From Eledone cirrhosa (Eukaryota), in the NCBI GenBank assembly GCA_964016885.1, contig OZ024742.1, forward strand, positions 24,676,001 to 24,740,000: DNA of 64,000 nt, in the 5' to 3' direction. Numbering within the stretch: the first letter of the stretch is position 1; the number at the start of each line of letters is the position of its first letter. A program made the translations under genes and the position numbers. Shown in pieces: positions 13,981-27,500 of this stretch. The notes beneath the pieces are model-generated. The model did not search any database. It worked only from the letters and a program-made list of their open reading frames with translations, and was not told the DNA's origin.

Positions 13981-15207
13981 ACATATTGTTGTGTATAGTA
14001 TTGGTGCCTGGAGGATACGTGCCATCGTTTCCTGATTTCTCTGTTGTCCAACAATTTACTGAATCAGCAACAAAACACTTCACTCAATAAAGAACTTCAA
14101 TTGAGAATCTGCAGCAGAGATAATTCTGTGAAGAAAATCTCAACTGGTTTTTTCCTTTTGTTTAAATCCCACTTAAATTGTTCAGATTGGTGGAATTAAA
14201 GAGATGATTAGTAAAATTCAATGAAAAACTGCTAGATGGCTTGCTTAGAAATATTGAATTCCATTACAGAGTTGTGTAGAATTACTTCCAACACGCTGAC
14301 AATGTTCAGAATTCATTGTAGATCTAAGAAATACTCTCACTCTCTACCCCCTTCGTTCCCTCTCTCTCTTTCTCTCCACAGTATTTCTTTATCGTATGTC
14401 ATTCTAATCTTTTTTTTGTGTGTAGAAAAAACAACAAGAAATCTCCCAAACAAACTGAACATATCTTTTGAAGACTACCATAGTGTTTGAGTGTTGTGAG
14501 CTATTTTCAACTACCAGCTTACTTGTGTTGTAAACAAGTTACCACTCCACTTGACCTTTCACTCAATCTCATTCTTTGCTCCTCTCTCTCATCTCCTCTC
14601 TCACTGCCAGATATTTTGCACAGAATGAAATGCTGGTTATCCACAGTGGCGAAACTATACAGACTGGGTGAGAGAGACCACGATTCATTAAGCAATTTCT
14701 ACTTTGGAATTGGCTAACTCATTAATCTCATGCTAAAACTGAAATAAATTCTTGAATTGATCAATCAAGGCATAAAATAATTCTTTTGTTTGATTTCATT
14801 TTCTTTTCCACTATTTTTTCCCTTCTACTTTGCCTGTTTCTCTGTCTTTCTTTCTATTCCATCTTTAGCAATACTCTGTGAAGACTTCCATCAATATACT
14901 AAAATTTAGCCTAACAAATGAAGCATATTTTTTTTCTATTCTATTTTTATTTCATTCTTCTCTTATATATCAGATGCAAAAAAAAAAAAATTACTTTTAT
15001 AATTTTCTTTAAGCATTCTCTTTCAATACTTCCTATATAATATTAATAATGATGATGTTGATGATAATAATAATAATAAAGTGTTCTGTATTTTTTCCCC
15101 TCATTCATGTCAAAATATAATACATGATATTTTAAAGTATGACAAATAGATATGTTGTATATTTATTTTTTTCTGGTCCATATTTTTTGTTTCTTCATTG
15201 TTGTCTT

Positions 15208-15211
<4 letters not shown>

Positions 15212-15290
<79 letters not shown>

Positions 15291-15296
15291 GTGTGT
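15212..15296. repeat. (GT)n microsatellite
   Basis: Directly visible. Confidence 0.98.
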
Positions 15297-16980
15297 TTTC
15301 TCTATCTTTTTTTTTTCAGATTTGTATCAAATAAATTTTATCAGAAATTTTATCAACCCAAATTATTTTTAGTTATTCAAGAAAGAAAAAAATATTGAAA
15401 ATGTATTTTTATGAAATTGAATGAGAAGCAAAGAAAATTTATTTACAAGCTATTTAAAAGTAATTCTTATTGAAGAAGAAAAAAGTTGTATGATTGTTGA
15501 GTATATATCAGTTAGCTTCTTATAAATAGTCTCATTAGTGAGTTTATCAAACAATCTAGTTTATTTCACAGAGATATGACCTCTTAGTTATATTCAGACA
15601 ATGTCCTTCGACTAACGTAGTCCTAGTTTGAGTATTTAAACATTGCATATATGTTTGTATGTGGCTGGATCAATAGGGTATTGGATAAACAGTGAAGTAA
15701 AATAGCCAACAGTTTATATCTTGTTACATTGTCATCATCATCATCATTATTATCAACATTAACATTGTTTCAATGTCTGTTTTCCCTGTTGTGTGTAAAT
15801 TGATTATTGCATTTAACACTGAAATGGCTCATGCCACCTAGTTGATAAATAGGTACCAGCAATTATTGTTTTGTTAACTGATCTCTATGTAACTGACTTA
15901 TCCTTCTAAAAACTACATGAGAACAAAGTCTTTTGCTGTGGTCACTGAATCAAGGGACACCATACTGAAGAATCTTTAGTTTTCCATGACGTAGAAAGCT
16001 TGCCAAACAAAGGGTTGGAAGGACACTTTAGTTGTATTAAGGACATGACAACCTCCATAGTGCTGATGATTTACACAATAAAAGCACCCAGTACATGCTC
16101 TAAAGTGCTAGGTGTTATGAAGGGCATCCAGTCATAGAAAGCTTGCCAAGTAGTTGGGAGGACCTTTCAGTTTGTGTCAAAAGACATGAAAACTTCCCCT
16201 ATGCTCTCCGTAGAATGTATGACCATACATAGGCCAAAGGGTCAGCATCTTGCTTTTCTAGTAGGTCAGTAGACCCACTTTGTACTGACCTGGCCTATGT
16301 AAATCCATCTAACACTTGCCTCCAGAGAAAGTTGACATTAAAAAGATGATGATGAAGGCAATCTCATGAGTGCTAGTACCAAAATAAAATGCACATACTG
16401 AACATCATCATTTAATGTCTGTTTTTCCTACTAGAAAGTGTTGGATGTGTAGTCATAAACCATGTCTGTACTTAATCAGAGCTACTGATCTCTGACAGAC
16501 CAAGAGCCCGCATCTTGCTTGCATATGCTCCTGAACTCAAGAAAACGCAGCAGGTGCATTTTATTGTGACACCAGCATAAGCGAGGTTGTCATATGTTTG
16601 ACACAGCTTAAGAATCTTCCTGACCCTTTATTTGGAAAGGTTTCTATGGCTAGTGCCTTTCCTATCACTAACCACAGATATTTGTGTAAGAAATGAAATG
16701 CCAAGATTCTGCATGGTTAGTCGATATCCTCATATGATGTGGCCCAGCATGTAAGTGACTACACGAAAGAATTGGTTCCATGTTAGGAAATAATTTACAG
16801 GAGCTCTGACAAAGTGGATAAGACATTGTACATACAGAGAATTCATAAATCTCTGCAATGTAGAAGGATCTCCATCACATATATTGGCCCTTAAAATTAA
16901 CATACAAATGATACTGTTGCTGCAAAACTTTGAAACAAACTTCACACTATTTTGAATATAACCAAGAGTTGGGAGTGATT

Positions 16981-17313
16981 TAGTAAAATAACTTTGACAT
17001 TATTTTAAAAAAGTTGATACAATGCAGTAGAAATATGTAACAGGTGAAAGATGACAAATAAAACAAAACTAATGTTTTTGCCTGGTATATTTCAACATAT
17101 TTCAGATTTTCAAATCTAAAAATGAATATGTTTCAAAACAAAACGAATGATTGATGTGTTCTTCCTTAACCATGGAAAATAAAGTAATAACCCTGAAATA
17201 TGTTGAAATATACCAGATAAAAATATCTTTGTTTTGTTTTATTTGTCATCCTTTACCCTTTATATATTTCTATCACATTTTACTGGCTTTTTAAAACTTA
17301 TCAGTCATTTATT
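16981..17313. mobile_element. Foldback/MITE-like element with long imperfect terminal inverted repeats
   Basis: 'gatgacaaataaaacaaaac...ctggtatatttcaacatatttcag' versus 'ctgaaatatgttgaaatataccag...gttttgttttatttgtcatc'; a second diverged copy lies at ~39693-39928. Confidence 0.7.
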
Positions 17314-17519
17314 ACAATACTTCATATCAAATATACTATTTTAACTAACTTTGATAATAATAATTTTTGTTTTTGTTTGTTTTCTATTATTATAACTCAG
17401 CAAATATTTTTACATAAAATTATGATGGGAGGTATTTAGATGAATATAAACAATTTCAAATAAGAAGTTTTATTTATCATAGAATTATGTGCATTTGTTG
17501 TCAAATGAATCGTGGCATT

Positions 17520-17930
17520 TCAGCCAGAGTTGTTTCAGATGATAGATTCTTCTTATCGTGTCTACAAGAGTATCAGCTACAGAGCTTGGCTAGATATGGT
17601 TCTGCCACAGCTGAACACATTGCTGTCCTTTCTCATTAAACTCTGCCAAGTCCAATGCTGTGCAGGGGTGTTCCAGCAGGGGGCATATCAGGAAGGACTA
17701 CATAGTCTGTAGTTCGATGCCACAGTCACACACAACATCTCCATCCTTTAAATATCCCTATTTTGCCAGATTGACTTGTGCATGTCCAACACCAGATCCT
17801 AGTCTGTTTAAGCATTTCAACACTGCATAGTTTATATCTATGCCGGGGGATAGTGCCTCGCTTGCCTTTAGCTCCATTGATGTTACAGATGGGAGGTTAA
17901 GATTTTCTGCACATATACTGGAGTATATAT
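17520..17930 (-). pseudogene. Highly decayed non-LTR RT N-terminal remnant
   Basis: Minus strand 'LNLP...ELK...SPGIDINYAVLKCL' and a frameshifted 'QC.FSCGRT' resembling QxGFRxGRST. Confidence 0.45.
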
Positions 17931-18697
17931 ATTGATATGTTATTGTCACATAGATAGTCTCATGTGCCACTAAGTAGAGAACAATTGAACTGACATGTTG
18001 TAGACTGATGTTGTGGTACCAAGAAATGAGTAAAAAGATGACATACATCAATAACAAAATATTGCAGACTGAAGAGAAATGACATAAACATGCTTCGATG
18101 GATGTGCAATGTTATTGTCAGAGAACAACAGAGCTTGGATAAACTGAGAGAAAAACTGAGTATAAAAGGAATAAAAAGTAATGTTTAAGAGAGAAGACTG
18201 CATTGTTATGAACATGTGATGCACATGGATGGTGATTACTGGGGGAAAAATTGCCAAGAAATCTCAGTGGAAGGAAGCCACTGTAGAGGAAGGCCAAGGA
18301 AGACCTGGGTAGAGGTGGTGAGAGCTAATTTAAAATCGCTGAGACTCACAGTGGAGATGATGAAAGGTCGCAGCATGCAAGTGTGAAAAAACGGACATAA
18401 AGACGGTATTTCAATAAAATTGATATATGTTTAGATATAGATTCTTCTTTCTCATCCTTGTGATTATAATTTTTAAATTAAGATTTCTTAGCTTACTAAC
18501 TAATAGTAAAATGTTTGCTTATGAAGGCTGTCTTCAGGTTAGCTGGTATCTCCTGGTAATTTCCCTCAGTCATTCCTCTTCCTTCTCATCATCTTTATCA
18601 CCACCACCTGTCAGCTTTTCTAGCCTTGCTTGGGTTGGATGGAACTTTTCCAGTACTACACCTCTCTCCCTCATTGGGGCCATTTGTCACCTCTACA

Positions 18698-18870
18698 GTC
18701 TGGTCGGCTGACCATGCCTTGCTCATACAGGAACTGAAATCAAGCCAGATCAGTTCCTGTATGAGCAAGGCATGGTCAGCCGACCAGACACTGCCCACAA
18801 CAGGACAACCCGTCTAACCCATGCTAGCGTGGAAGAACGGACGTAAAACGGTGATGATGATGATGATGAC
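18698..18870 (+). mobile_element. 5'-truncated SINE/RTE tail with a perfect 40-bp fold-back at its 5' end
   Basis: Arms 18698-18737 and 18750-18789, 12-nt loop; continues into 'acccatgctagcgtggaagaacggacgtaaaacg(gat)n'. Confidence 0.85.
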
Positions 18871-18982
18871 AGTGAACTTCTTCAGAATTTTGAGATTGCC
18901 TCTCACTACCTCTGTTATTTGAATAGTATAGTTTAGTAGTATAGTATGACAGATTGTCTACTATGTCAATAATGGTGCAGAT

Positions 18983-19038
<56 letters not shown>

Positions 19039-20325
19039 ATAAATATATGCTCTTTTACTCTTCTACCTGTTCCAGCCATCCGGCTGAGGCCATGTATATA
19101 TATATGTATACATATACACATATATGTATACATATATATATACATATATATATACATATATATATACATATATTTATATCTGTGTGTGTACACACACACA
19201 AACACACACAGATATGTAATATATATATATATATATTATGTAAACATACATACATACAATGTCTAGCAAAGTGAACAAGCTGCCACTAAGATGATGTTTA
19301 AAGTCAGCAATGTTTACATACAACTAACTATACAGTGGAGATGGTTGTGTAACATGCTAGTATTTAGTGAAGCATGACATGACAAGCAGATAAATGAAAG
19401 TACACATGAGCTGCACTTATAGACCAATACATATGCATAAAGCAACCACCATGAGAAGCTAGCTATGAAAAGAACAATGCTAGAATGTTCTCTTAACACA
19501 TTCTACATATTGATGTCAGAAAGAGCAAATAACACATGTCATATTAATTGGATATTTTCATATTAAGCTTTCATATCAATTAACCTTCCTATGATAGTCA
19601 CTTCTAACTTGTAACATTGCAACTGTTTCTTCACACTTCACTCATAAATGCAGAACATTTCAAACCAATATTTGCATACTTTCACACATATACACAAACA
19701 CACTCACATACGCACACACTTTCACACACACATATATAAAAGCACACACATGCACTCTCACACACACACTGTCACGAACATACTCCCACACACTCACAAA
19801 CATATTCTCTCACACAAACTCACAAACATACTCTCTCACAAACACATTCTCACAAACACTCACATAAACACTCACACAAATACTCTCTTAAACACTTGCA
19901 CAGACACTCTCAGACACTCACATGCACACATTCACACACACACATATGGAAGTATTTGTATATAGACCTAAAGTACTGATACATTGAAGCAATGAACCAT
20001 TGTCTATTTTGATGTTGAGTGTTCCAGTTCCTTGATCAACAGAGTAACATGTTCATGAAACTAACATGTAACTGACTGACCACTTCACAGACATGTGTAC
20101 CCTTAAACCATTAGTATTTACATTACTCTATATTCTTGGTAAAGGCTTTACCTCACATAATATCGAATCTACAAGATTTTCATATGATTTACTTTCAAAA
20201 CAATAACTTAACATAAGTGGCTGATTATGGCCCGATTGAAAAGAAAAAGGTGAAAGAATGCTGCTTGAATACAACCGGTTTAAATGGTAAATGTAATTCT
20301 CAACAAGATTCAGCACAACACACTC

Positions 20326-20583
20326 TAAAGTGGTCGTGGAGGTGCCACGGCAAAAAAGCACCCAGCCCACACTGTAGAGTGGTCATGTAGGCGCCACGGA
20401 TAAAAAGCACCACTGTAAATGAGGTTGGTGTTAGGAAGGGCATCCAGCTGTAGAAATCAAACCAGAATCAGTTCCCGTATGAGCAAGACAAGATCAGCCG
20501 ACCCAGACACTGCCCACAACAGGACAACCCATCTAATCCATACTAGCGTGGAGGAACGGACGTAAAACAGTGATGATGATGAC
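20326..20583 (+). mobile_element. 5'-truncated SINE family A/RTE tail nested in an older repeat
   Basis: 'aagtggtcgtggaggtgccacgg...aggaagggcatccagctgtagaaatcaa...(gat)n'; the flanks resemble the repeat at ~13130-13280. Confidence 0.75.
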
Positions 20584-20754
20584 GCCATATGTGACAGGGC
20601 TGGCTCTTTGAATTACAGAAACAGTAAATCCAATGAGCTTCCAAACAATTTCTGTTTACCCAGTTTCTCTTACAAGGTATGAGTTGATTTGAGACCATAG
20701 TAAATGGCTCTTACCCAAAATGCCATGCAGTGGGTTGAAACCAAAAACCTATGG

Positions 20755-21480
20755 AAGGTGATGAAGTCATGGTGCTGTTTTCATTGAATGTGATGCAGTC
20801 ATGTTGCTGTTTTTATTGAATATGATACAGTCATGTTGCTGTTTTTATGGAATGTGATGTAGTCATTTTTTGCTGTTTTTATGGAATGTGATAGTCATGT
20901 TGCTATTTTTATGGAATGTGATGCAGTCATGTTGCTGTTTTTATGGAATGTGATGCTATTATGTTGCTGTTTTTATGGAATGTGATGCTGTCATGTTGCT
21001 GTTTTTATCGAATAGGATACAGTTATGTTGCTGTTTTTATGGAATGTGATGTAGTCATGTTGCTGTTTTTATGGAATATGATCTAGTGTTGTTGCTGTTT
21101 TTATTGAATGTGATGTTGTCTTGTTGCTGTTTTTTTTGTTTTATTAAAGGTGATACAGTCATGCTGCTGTTTTTATGGACTATGATGCAGTCATGTTGCT
21201 TTTTTTATGGAATGTGATGCAGTCATGTTGCTGTTTTTATGGAATGTGATGTAGTCATGGTGCTGTTTTTATGGAATGTGATGTAGTCTTGTTGCTGTTT
21301 TTATTGGATGTGATGTAGTCATATTGCTGTTTTTATTGAATACGATGCAGTCATAGTGCTGTTTTTATTGAAGGTGATGCTATCATGGTGCTGTTTTATG
21401 GAATGCGATGCTGTTTTTTCCATGTGATACAGTTGTAGTGCTGTTTTTATGGAATGTAATGTATTCATAGTACTGTTTTG
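20755..21480. repeat. Minisatellite, 32-bp unit (ggaatgtgatgcagtcatgttgctgtttttat), ~22 copies
   Basis: Directly visible periodicity with scattered substitutions and indels. Confidence 0.95.
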
Positions 21481-22487
21481 TGCTGGATATTAAGTATTAA
21501 TGATGAACCAGCATAGCAATACTTATGGCAAAAGTTCAGATGATTTTAAACAAGTTTCATACAAATTCTAACCTTGATCAAGTCTTCTTAGCTCCTTAGA
21601 TGTCACTTGCAGGTATATTGAACCACTTAGTTACCAATTCTGTCTTCAATTGTCTTGTATCTTTCACTCAGATCATCTAAAGTAGTTCTTCTTATTCTAT
21701 ATTCTAATCCAGACAGATTTCTGTGATGAAACAACAAAACACTGTAAAGGATTTCATCTGATAATACAGAAAAATACTGAGTAACAATTAAAAAAAATTA
21801 CCAGCGAGGTAGAACGGATGTTAAATGATGATGATGATGATGATGATGAATTAGAAAATATTAGAATAGAAAAAACACAAAAAAATAACATGACACAAAG
21901 ATAATGATTCAATTTGAACAAATTTAAAAGTAAAATATTAAATTAAAATTTCAATATCAGAAACAATTTCTTGAGTAATTTTTTTCTTTTTCTTTTAATT
22001 TTTCTTTTTCTACATTCGTATTTTCAAAATTGATCATTAAAATTAATTTCAACTGAAATGAAGAAGTGTTGCATTTTTAATGTGAAAGGTATAAATATAG
22101 TAAGATGATGATGGATTAGATGATGATAATGAGGGGGAGGAGAGGGTGGAGGAACAACATGATGATTATGATGATGATGATAATGATGATTCTAAAAAAA
22201 TGTCAATAAAATTTAGCTAAAAATCAACATTGATGAATCAGCAGAATTCGGGGAAAATTACATCTAAATGGAATATATTATAAAAACCCCCCCAAAAAAA
22301 AGAAATATTTAGATAATTAAAAAACAATATTTAAAGACCAATTAATGGATATAGGGCAGTTAGTAATGTCTGATAATATAACGAGAGGAAGATATTGTCA
22401 GTCAGTAGGTTTGTTTGGTCAATGTTTGATTACATACTTCATTCACCTGTCATTGATGAGTATATGATTCACTTCTCACTGATTTCA

Positions 22488-22805
22488 CACACACTCTCTC
22501 TCTCCTCCTCTTTCCCCCCTCTCTCTTTCTCTTCCTCTTTCCCCCTCTCTCTTTCTCCCCCCTCACGTTAACCCCCTCCCTCACTCTTTCTCCCTTTCTC
22601 TCTCTCTTTCTCCCTCTCTCTCTTTCTTCCGTTCTCTCTCTCTTTCTCCCCCTCTCTTTTTCTTCCTTTCTCTCTCTCTTTCTCCCCCCTCTCTCTATTC
22701 CCCCCTCTCTCTCTATATATATACACACACACATATATACATACATATATATATGCACATACACACACATATATATATTCACATATATGCACATACACAT
22801 ATATA
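22488..22805. repeat. (CT)-rich then (TA/CA) low-complexity tract
   Basis: Directly visible. Confidence 0.95.
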
Positions 22806-23659
22806 CCGACTGGCATACTCAGTATTCCCTAGGTTTATTAACACTTAATGTCCTGGACAACATAAAAGGTGATTAGTAAAACATTCTTAGAAAGTACAAA
22901 ACAACGTTATGACTGATTAACTCTAATATTTATAATAATTTTCATGTTGATCTATCCAACCTATTTTTATATATTTCTACTAAATTATAACACATTATAA
23001 AGTGTTAATGTCATCATCACCATCATCATATGTCCACTTTTCCCTGCTTCCAATGGTGGGACGGGTCCTATTCAGCACACCATCTCTCCACTTGTCACGG
23101 TCCTTCATCATCTCCTCTGTGAGCTACAGCAATCTGAGGTCTGCTCTCACCACCTCCGCCCATGTTTTTACTTGAAATAAAATATTATCTCATGCATTTG
23201 TCGCATCTAAAATAAATTGATTTAAAAAGATAGTGACACTCTTCTGTTGGTTCAGAAATGTTGATTTATTCAGAACTATTGCATACAGACCAGAAAAGGG
23301 TTCAAGTTAACCCTTTCATTACCATATTTCTAATGAAATGCTCCCGGTCTCAATTAGTTTTTTCTTTTTTTTTTTTCAATTTAGAAATTTAATTCACAAA
23401 GTTGGATTAAAACCCATTGATGATTACATAAATAATCATGCTAGCATGGAAGAACGGACGTAAAACGATGATGATGAAAGATAAAAACACAATTAAGTAA
23501 TGAAAGAAAGGAGATAGGGGTAAAGAAGGGCAGATCTGGTTGTATGGGAAATTTGAGGAAAGGACTACAAATGCTGTAAATGAGAGGAAAAGCGGGAAAA
23601 ACAAAGACCCTTAAGTTGCAAAAGAGAGGGAGGGGGATGAGTAGTGGGTGATGGGCCTA

Positions 23660-23985
23660 GGGCAGAGCGGTGTTTGGGCTGTGCCCTGTGGATAAAACTG
23701 CAGAGGCATTTCTGCGGACAATGGCCAGCAACAGCCAGCCCAACTTGCATGGCTCCTTCCTCAGAAAGGCTGCTGATGTTCCAATTTTGTGGAGAAGCTC
23801 AGCAGTATGGGTTCTGAGGGAGTCTGACATCTCGATTACCAGTATGAAAAAGAAGCAGCCAGACATGCTCTGGTATTTGTTGGTCCTCCTATCCTTTGCA
23901 ATGTTGGCCACAATACTGAGGTTTGTGGCTGAAGCAACTAAATTGGATGTGGGAGAACATATCACAACATGTGGTGTCCGTTGAG
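23660..23985 (-). pseudogene. Decayed restriction-like endonuclease C-terminus of a CRE-like non-LTR retrotransposon
   Basis: 'DTTCCDMF' (shifted frame) then 'ANIAKDRRTNKY...FFFILVIE...LLHKIG...EP...WL..LAIVRRNASAVL', resembling the CRE pattern wDaTc.Dt...Ae..K..KY...F.P.a.Et.G...aiqRGNa..vl. Confidence 0.6.
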
Positions 23986-24559
23986 AATGTTGAGGGATTT
24001 ACTAAATTATTTCATTACTAAAAATAGTAACATATAGTTCTTATATAAACATATTTTTATTTAAACCTATTAACATATGGTTCTTATGTCAAAATATGTT
24101 GGAAAATATAAATTCAAATACAATTTTACTTCAACATTTTTTTTTTTTTTTAGGAAAACATGTTTTCTTTTTCAAAAGATTGTACTAATCTACGTAATTA
24201 TTCTAAATCAATTATATTTCTGATCATAATATTCTTACTTTTTGTCTCAGCTCCTAAAAGAAGAAATATCTGAAAAAGTATCTATGTTTATAAACATTTC
24301 TTTCAAAAGATATGCCCCGTACAACATCTCAGCTTCATAGGTGCAGAATTGCCAGATATATACATATACACAAATGCTTTATCCAAAATTAGTTAGGTTG
24401 GAGAAGCACATCCACTGTTCCATTTTTGGTGTAGTTTCTATAGCTAGATACCCTAACACCAATCACTTTACAGAGCCTACTGGCCATTTATTATTTGGAC
24501 CAATCATAAGTCAGCGGCCTATGCTATCACTTCTTCTGGTTGCCTTTCGATATGATGGA

Positions 24560-27500
24560 TGGACTAGGGAATTCTGGAGAGTCTGAAAAATCTGAACACT
24601 CAGTGACAATGCCAAAGATAAAGACAAATTCACCTCATGCTGCCGGACGAAAAGGCAAGGACTCCTCCTATTTATTTCGGCCGCGGATGGCCAACATAAC
24701 CCCAGCCCCGCGCCCCACCATTTCCACCCACCAAACGCAATCCAAAACTTCAGAGTTGGCACCTTAAAAGGTCGCTCTAACGAGGTTGTAGAAATGCTTG
24801 AACGTAAGGAGGTTAATATTTGCTGTATCCAAGAGACCAGGTGGAGGGGTGGGTCTGCTAGATTCATTATGGGTAAAAAACGATGCTAAAAGATTTTCTG
24901 GGTGCGAAATGACAATGGGCTGGGTGGGTAGGAATCATGTTAGCAGAAAAATGGGTAGATAAGATAATAGATGTAAATAGAGTGAACGATAGAATAATTA
25001 AAATAAGACCTGTCCGAAATAGAACTACTGTGACAATAATATCGGCGTACGCGCCCCAATCCGGACTGCCTAGCGTTATAAAGACAGATTCTATGAGACA
25101 TTGATGCTCACTACCTCCCAAATAACCGACAGTGACTACATAATTATTGCTGGCGACCTAAATGGTCATGTTGGACAACATTGTGATGGCTATGACGGAA
25201 TCCATGGAGGCTATGGGTTTGGTACTAGAAATGAGGAAGGCTCCACAATCCTGGAATTCTGTGATGCAAATAACCTAACTATCTGTAACACTAGCTTCTA
25301 AAAACGAGACAATCACTTGATCAGGGGAACACGCCAGTCAGATACATTATATCCTTACCAGAGGACGAGATAGAGTGTCTGTTGTAAACACTAAATCCCT
25401 CCCCCATGAAGAATGCACCTCCCAACATAGACTCATAGTCAGCGACCTCATAGTCAGGACAAGACGTACTCGACAACACAGCCAGTAATAAATTTAAAAG
25501 CATATTACTTGATGCTTTTGACAGTAAGGAAGAGCAATTAGAGTCGTACAATATAGAGGAACAGTGGGTATTCCTGAAAGCTAACCTGCTAAAGGTGGCA
25601 GATGAAGTCTGTGGCTGGAGCAGGCCTATAGGCATGAGGAGAGTAACGTGGTGGTGGAACAGTAAGGTGAAGGAGTCAATTAAGGCCAAAAAGCAGGTTT
25701 GGAAAGTATGGCGGGATGGGGGAAGCAGAGAAGACTATCAAATGGCCAGGAGGGAAGCTAGGAGACAAGTGTACTTCGCAAGAAGGGAAACAGGAAAGAA
25801 AGTTCAAGCATGTTCTACAACGCGATGACCAAAAATGCGAGGTGTTCAGGATTGCTAGGCAATGTATCAAGGAAAACCGTGATATTGTCGGGGAGAAGTG
25901 TGTCCTTAATGATGATGGTGGACTTGCCATCACTGACGCTGATAAGAAGGTAGCTTGGAAGTGTCACTACGAAAGGCTACTAAATGAGGAGAATAAATGG
26001 GAGAAAGACAGTCTACCCCACATCGATCCAATAGAGGGACCAACAGTGCAAGTTGAAGGTAGTATAATAAGTAAGGCAATCAAAGATATGAAGACGGGTA
26101 AGGCGGCTGGGCCTTCGGAAATAGTTGCTGAAATGCTGAAAGCATCTGGAACGGTGGGATACACTATGGTCACCCGGATAGTAAACCAAGTCATACAGAA
26201 TGGGGTCGTTCCGAAGGACTGGCGTAGCATCATCATCATTAACTGCTACAAGGGTAAAGGAGATGCTCTAGACAGGTGTAACTATAGAGGCATTAAATTA
26301 ATCGACCAGGTCATGAAGGTCACAGAAAAAGTAATAGCGCAACTAATCAGAGAGCGAATTGATCTAGATGAAATGCAGTTCGGGTTTGTGTCAGGTAAAA
26401 GTACAACAGACGCTCTTTTCATTGAACGACAACTACAGGAGAAGTACCTAGCTAAAAGTAATCCCCTATACTTAGCTTTTGTTGAGTTGGAGAAAGCCTT
26501 TGACAGAGTCCCCCGAATGGCTTGTGAGAGCTATACAAGCCATGTATAAAGAAACAGTGAGCAAGGTTAGAATTAACAACGAATATAGTGAAGAGTTTAG
26601 CGTAAAAGTTGCTGTCCATCAGGGCTCCGTTCTTAGCCCTGTACTATTTATTATTGCCCTTCAGGCTATAACAGAGGAGTTCAAGACCGGCTGCCCATGG
26701 GAACTCCTATACGCAGATGATCTAACGCTCAAAGCTGAATCAATGGTTGAACTAGAGAAGAAATTCCAAACATGGAAGCATGGCCTAGAATCAAAAGGCC
26801 TTAAAATTAACCTGTCTAAGACTAAAGTTATAGTTTGCAGGAAAGAAAATAGGGCACCGGTCCCATCTGGGAAATGGCTATGCTCAGTGTGTAGGAAAGG
26901 AGTAGGCAGAACTCCATTTTATGTCCCATATGCAAAGTATGGGTGCATAAAAGATGTAGTGGGATCACAGGTAAGCTAACTAAGAATATAGATTTTATAT
27001 GTGGCCGGTGCTCTGGTGCAATAAGTAGCAGCAAGTGCCCACAGAATACGAGCTCATTCCATTGCACAGATGGTTCTATAGAAATAGTGAACACCTTCCG
27101 TTACTTGGGTGACAAAATCGGCAGTGGTGGAGGGTGCTCTGAAAGTACAGTAGCTAGAGTCAGAACAGGATGGAAAAGTTCAGAGAGTTTATACTACTAT
27201 TGGCCGCTAAAGGGTTCTCTCTAAAAATGAAAGGCAGGCTGTATGATGCTTGCATACGAACAGCAATGTTACATGGCAGTGAGACCTGGGCATTGTGTGC
27301 AGAGGATATACGCAGACTGGAGAGGAACGAAGCTTGTATGCTCTACTGGATGTGTAATAGTAATATACGTGAACGGCAAAGCATAAACAAACTAAGGGAG
27401 AAATTAGGAATAAGAGGGATCAGATGTTGTTTACTCGAGAGAAGACTACGTTGGTACGGTCACGTGATGCGCATGAAAGACGACAACTGTATAAAAAGTA

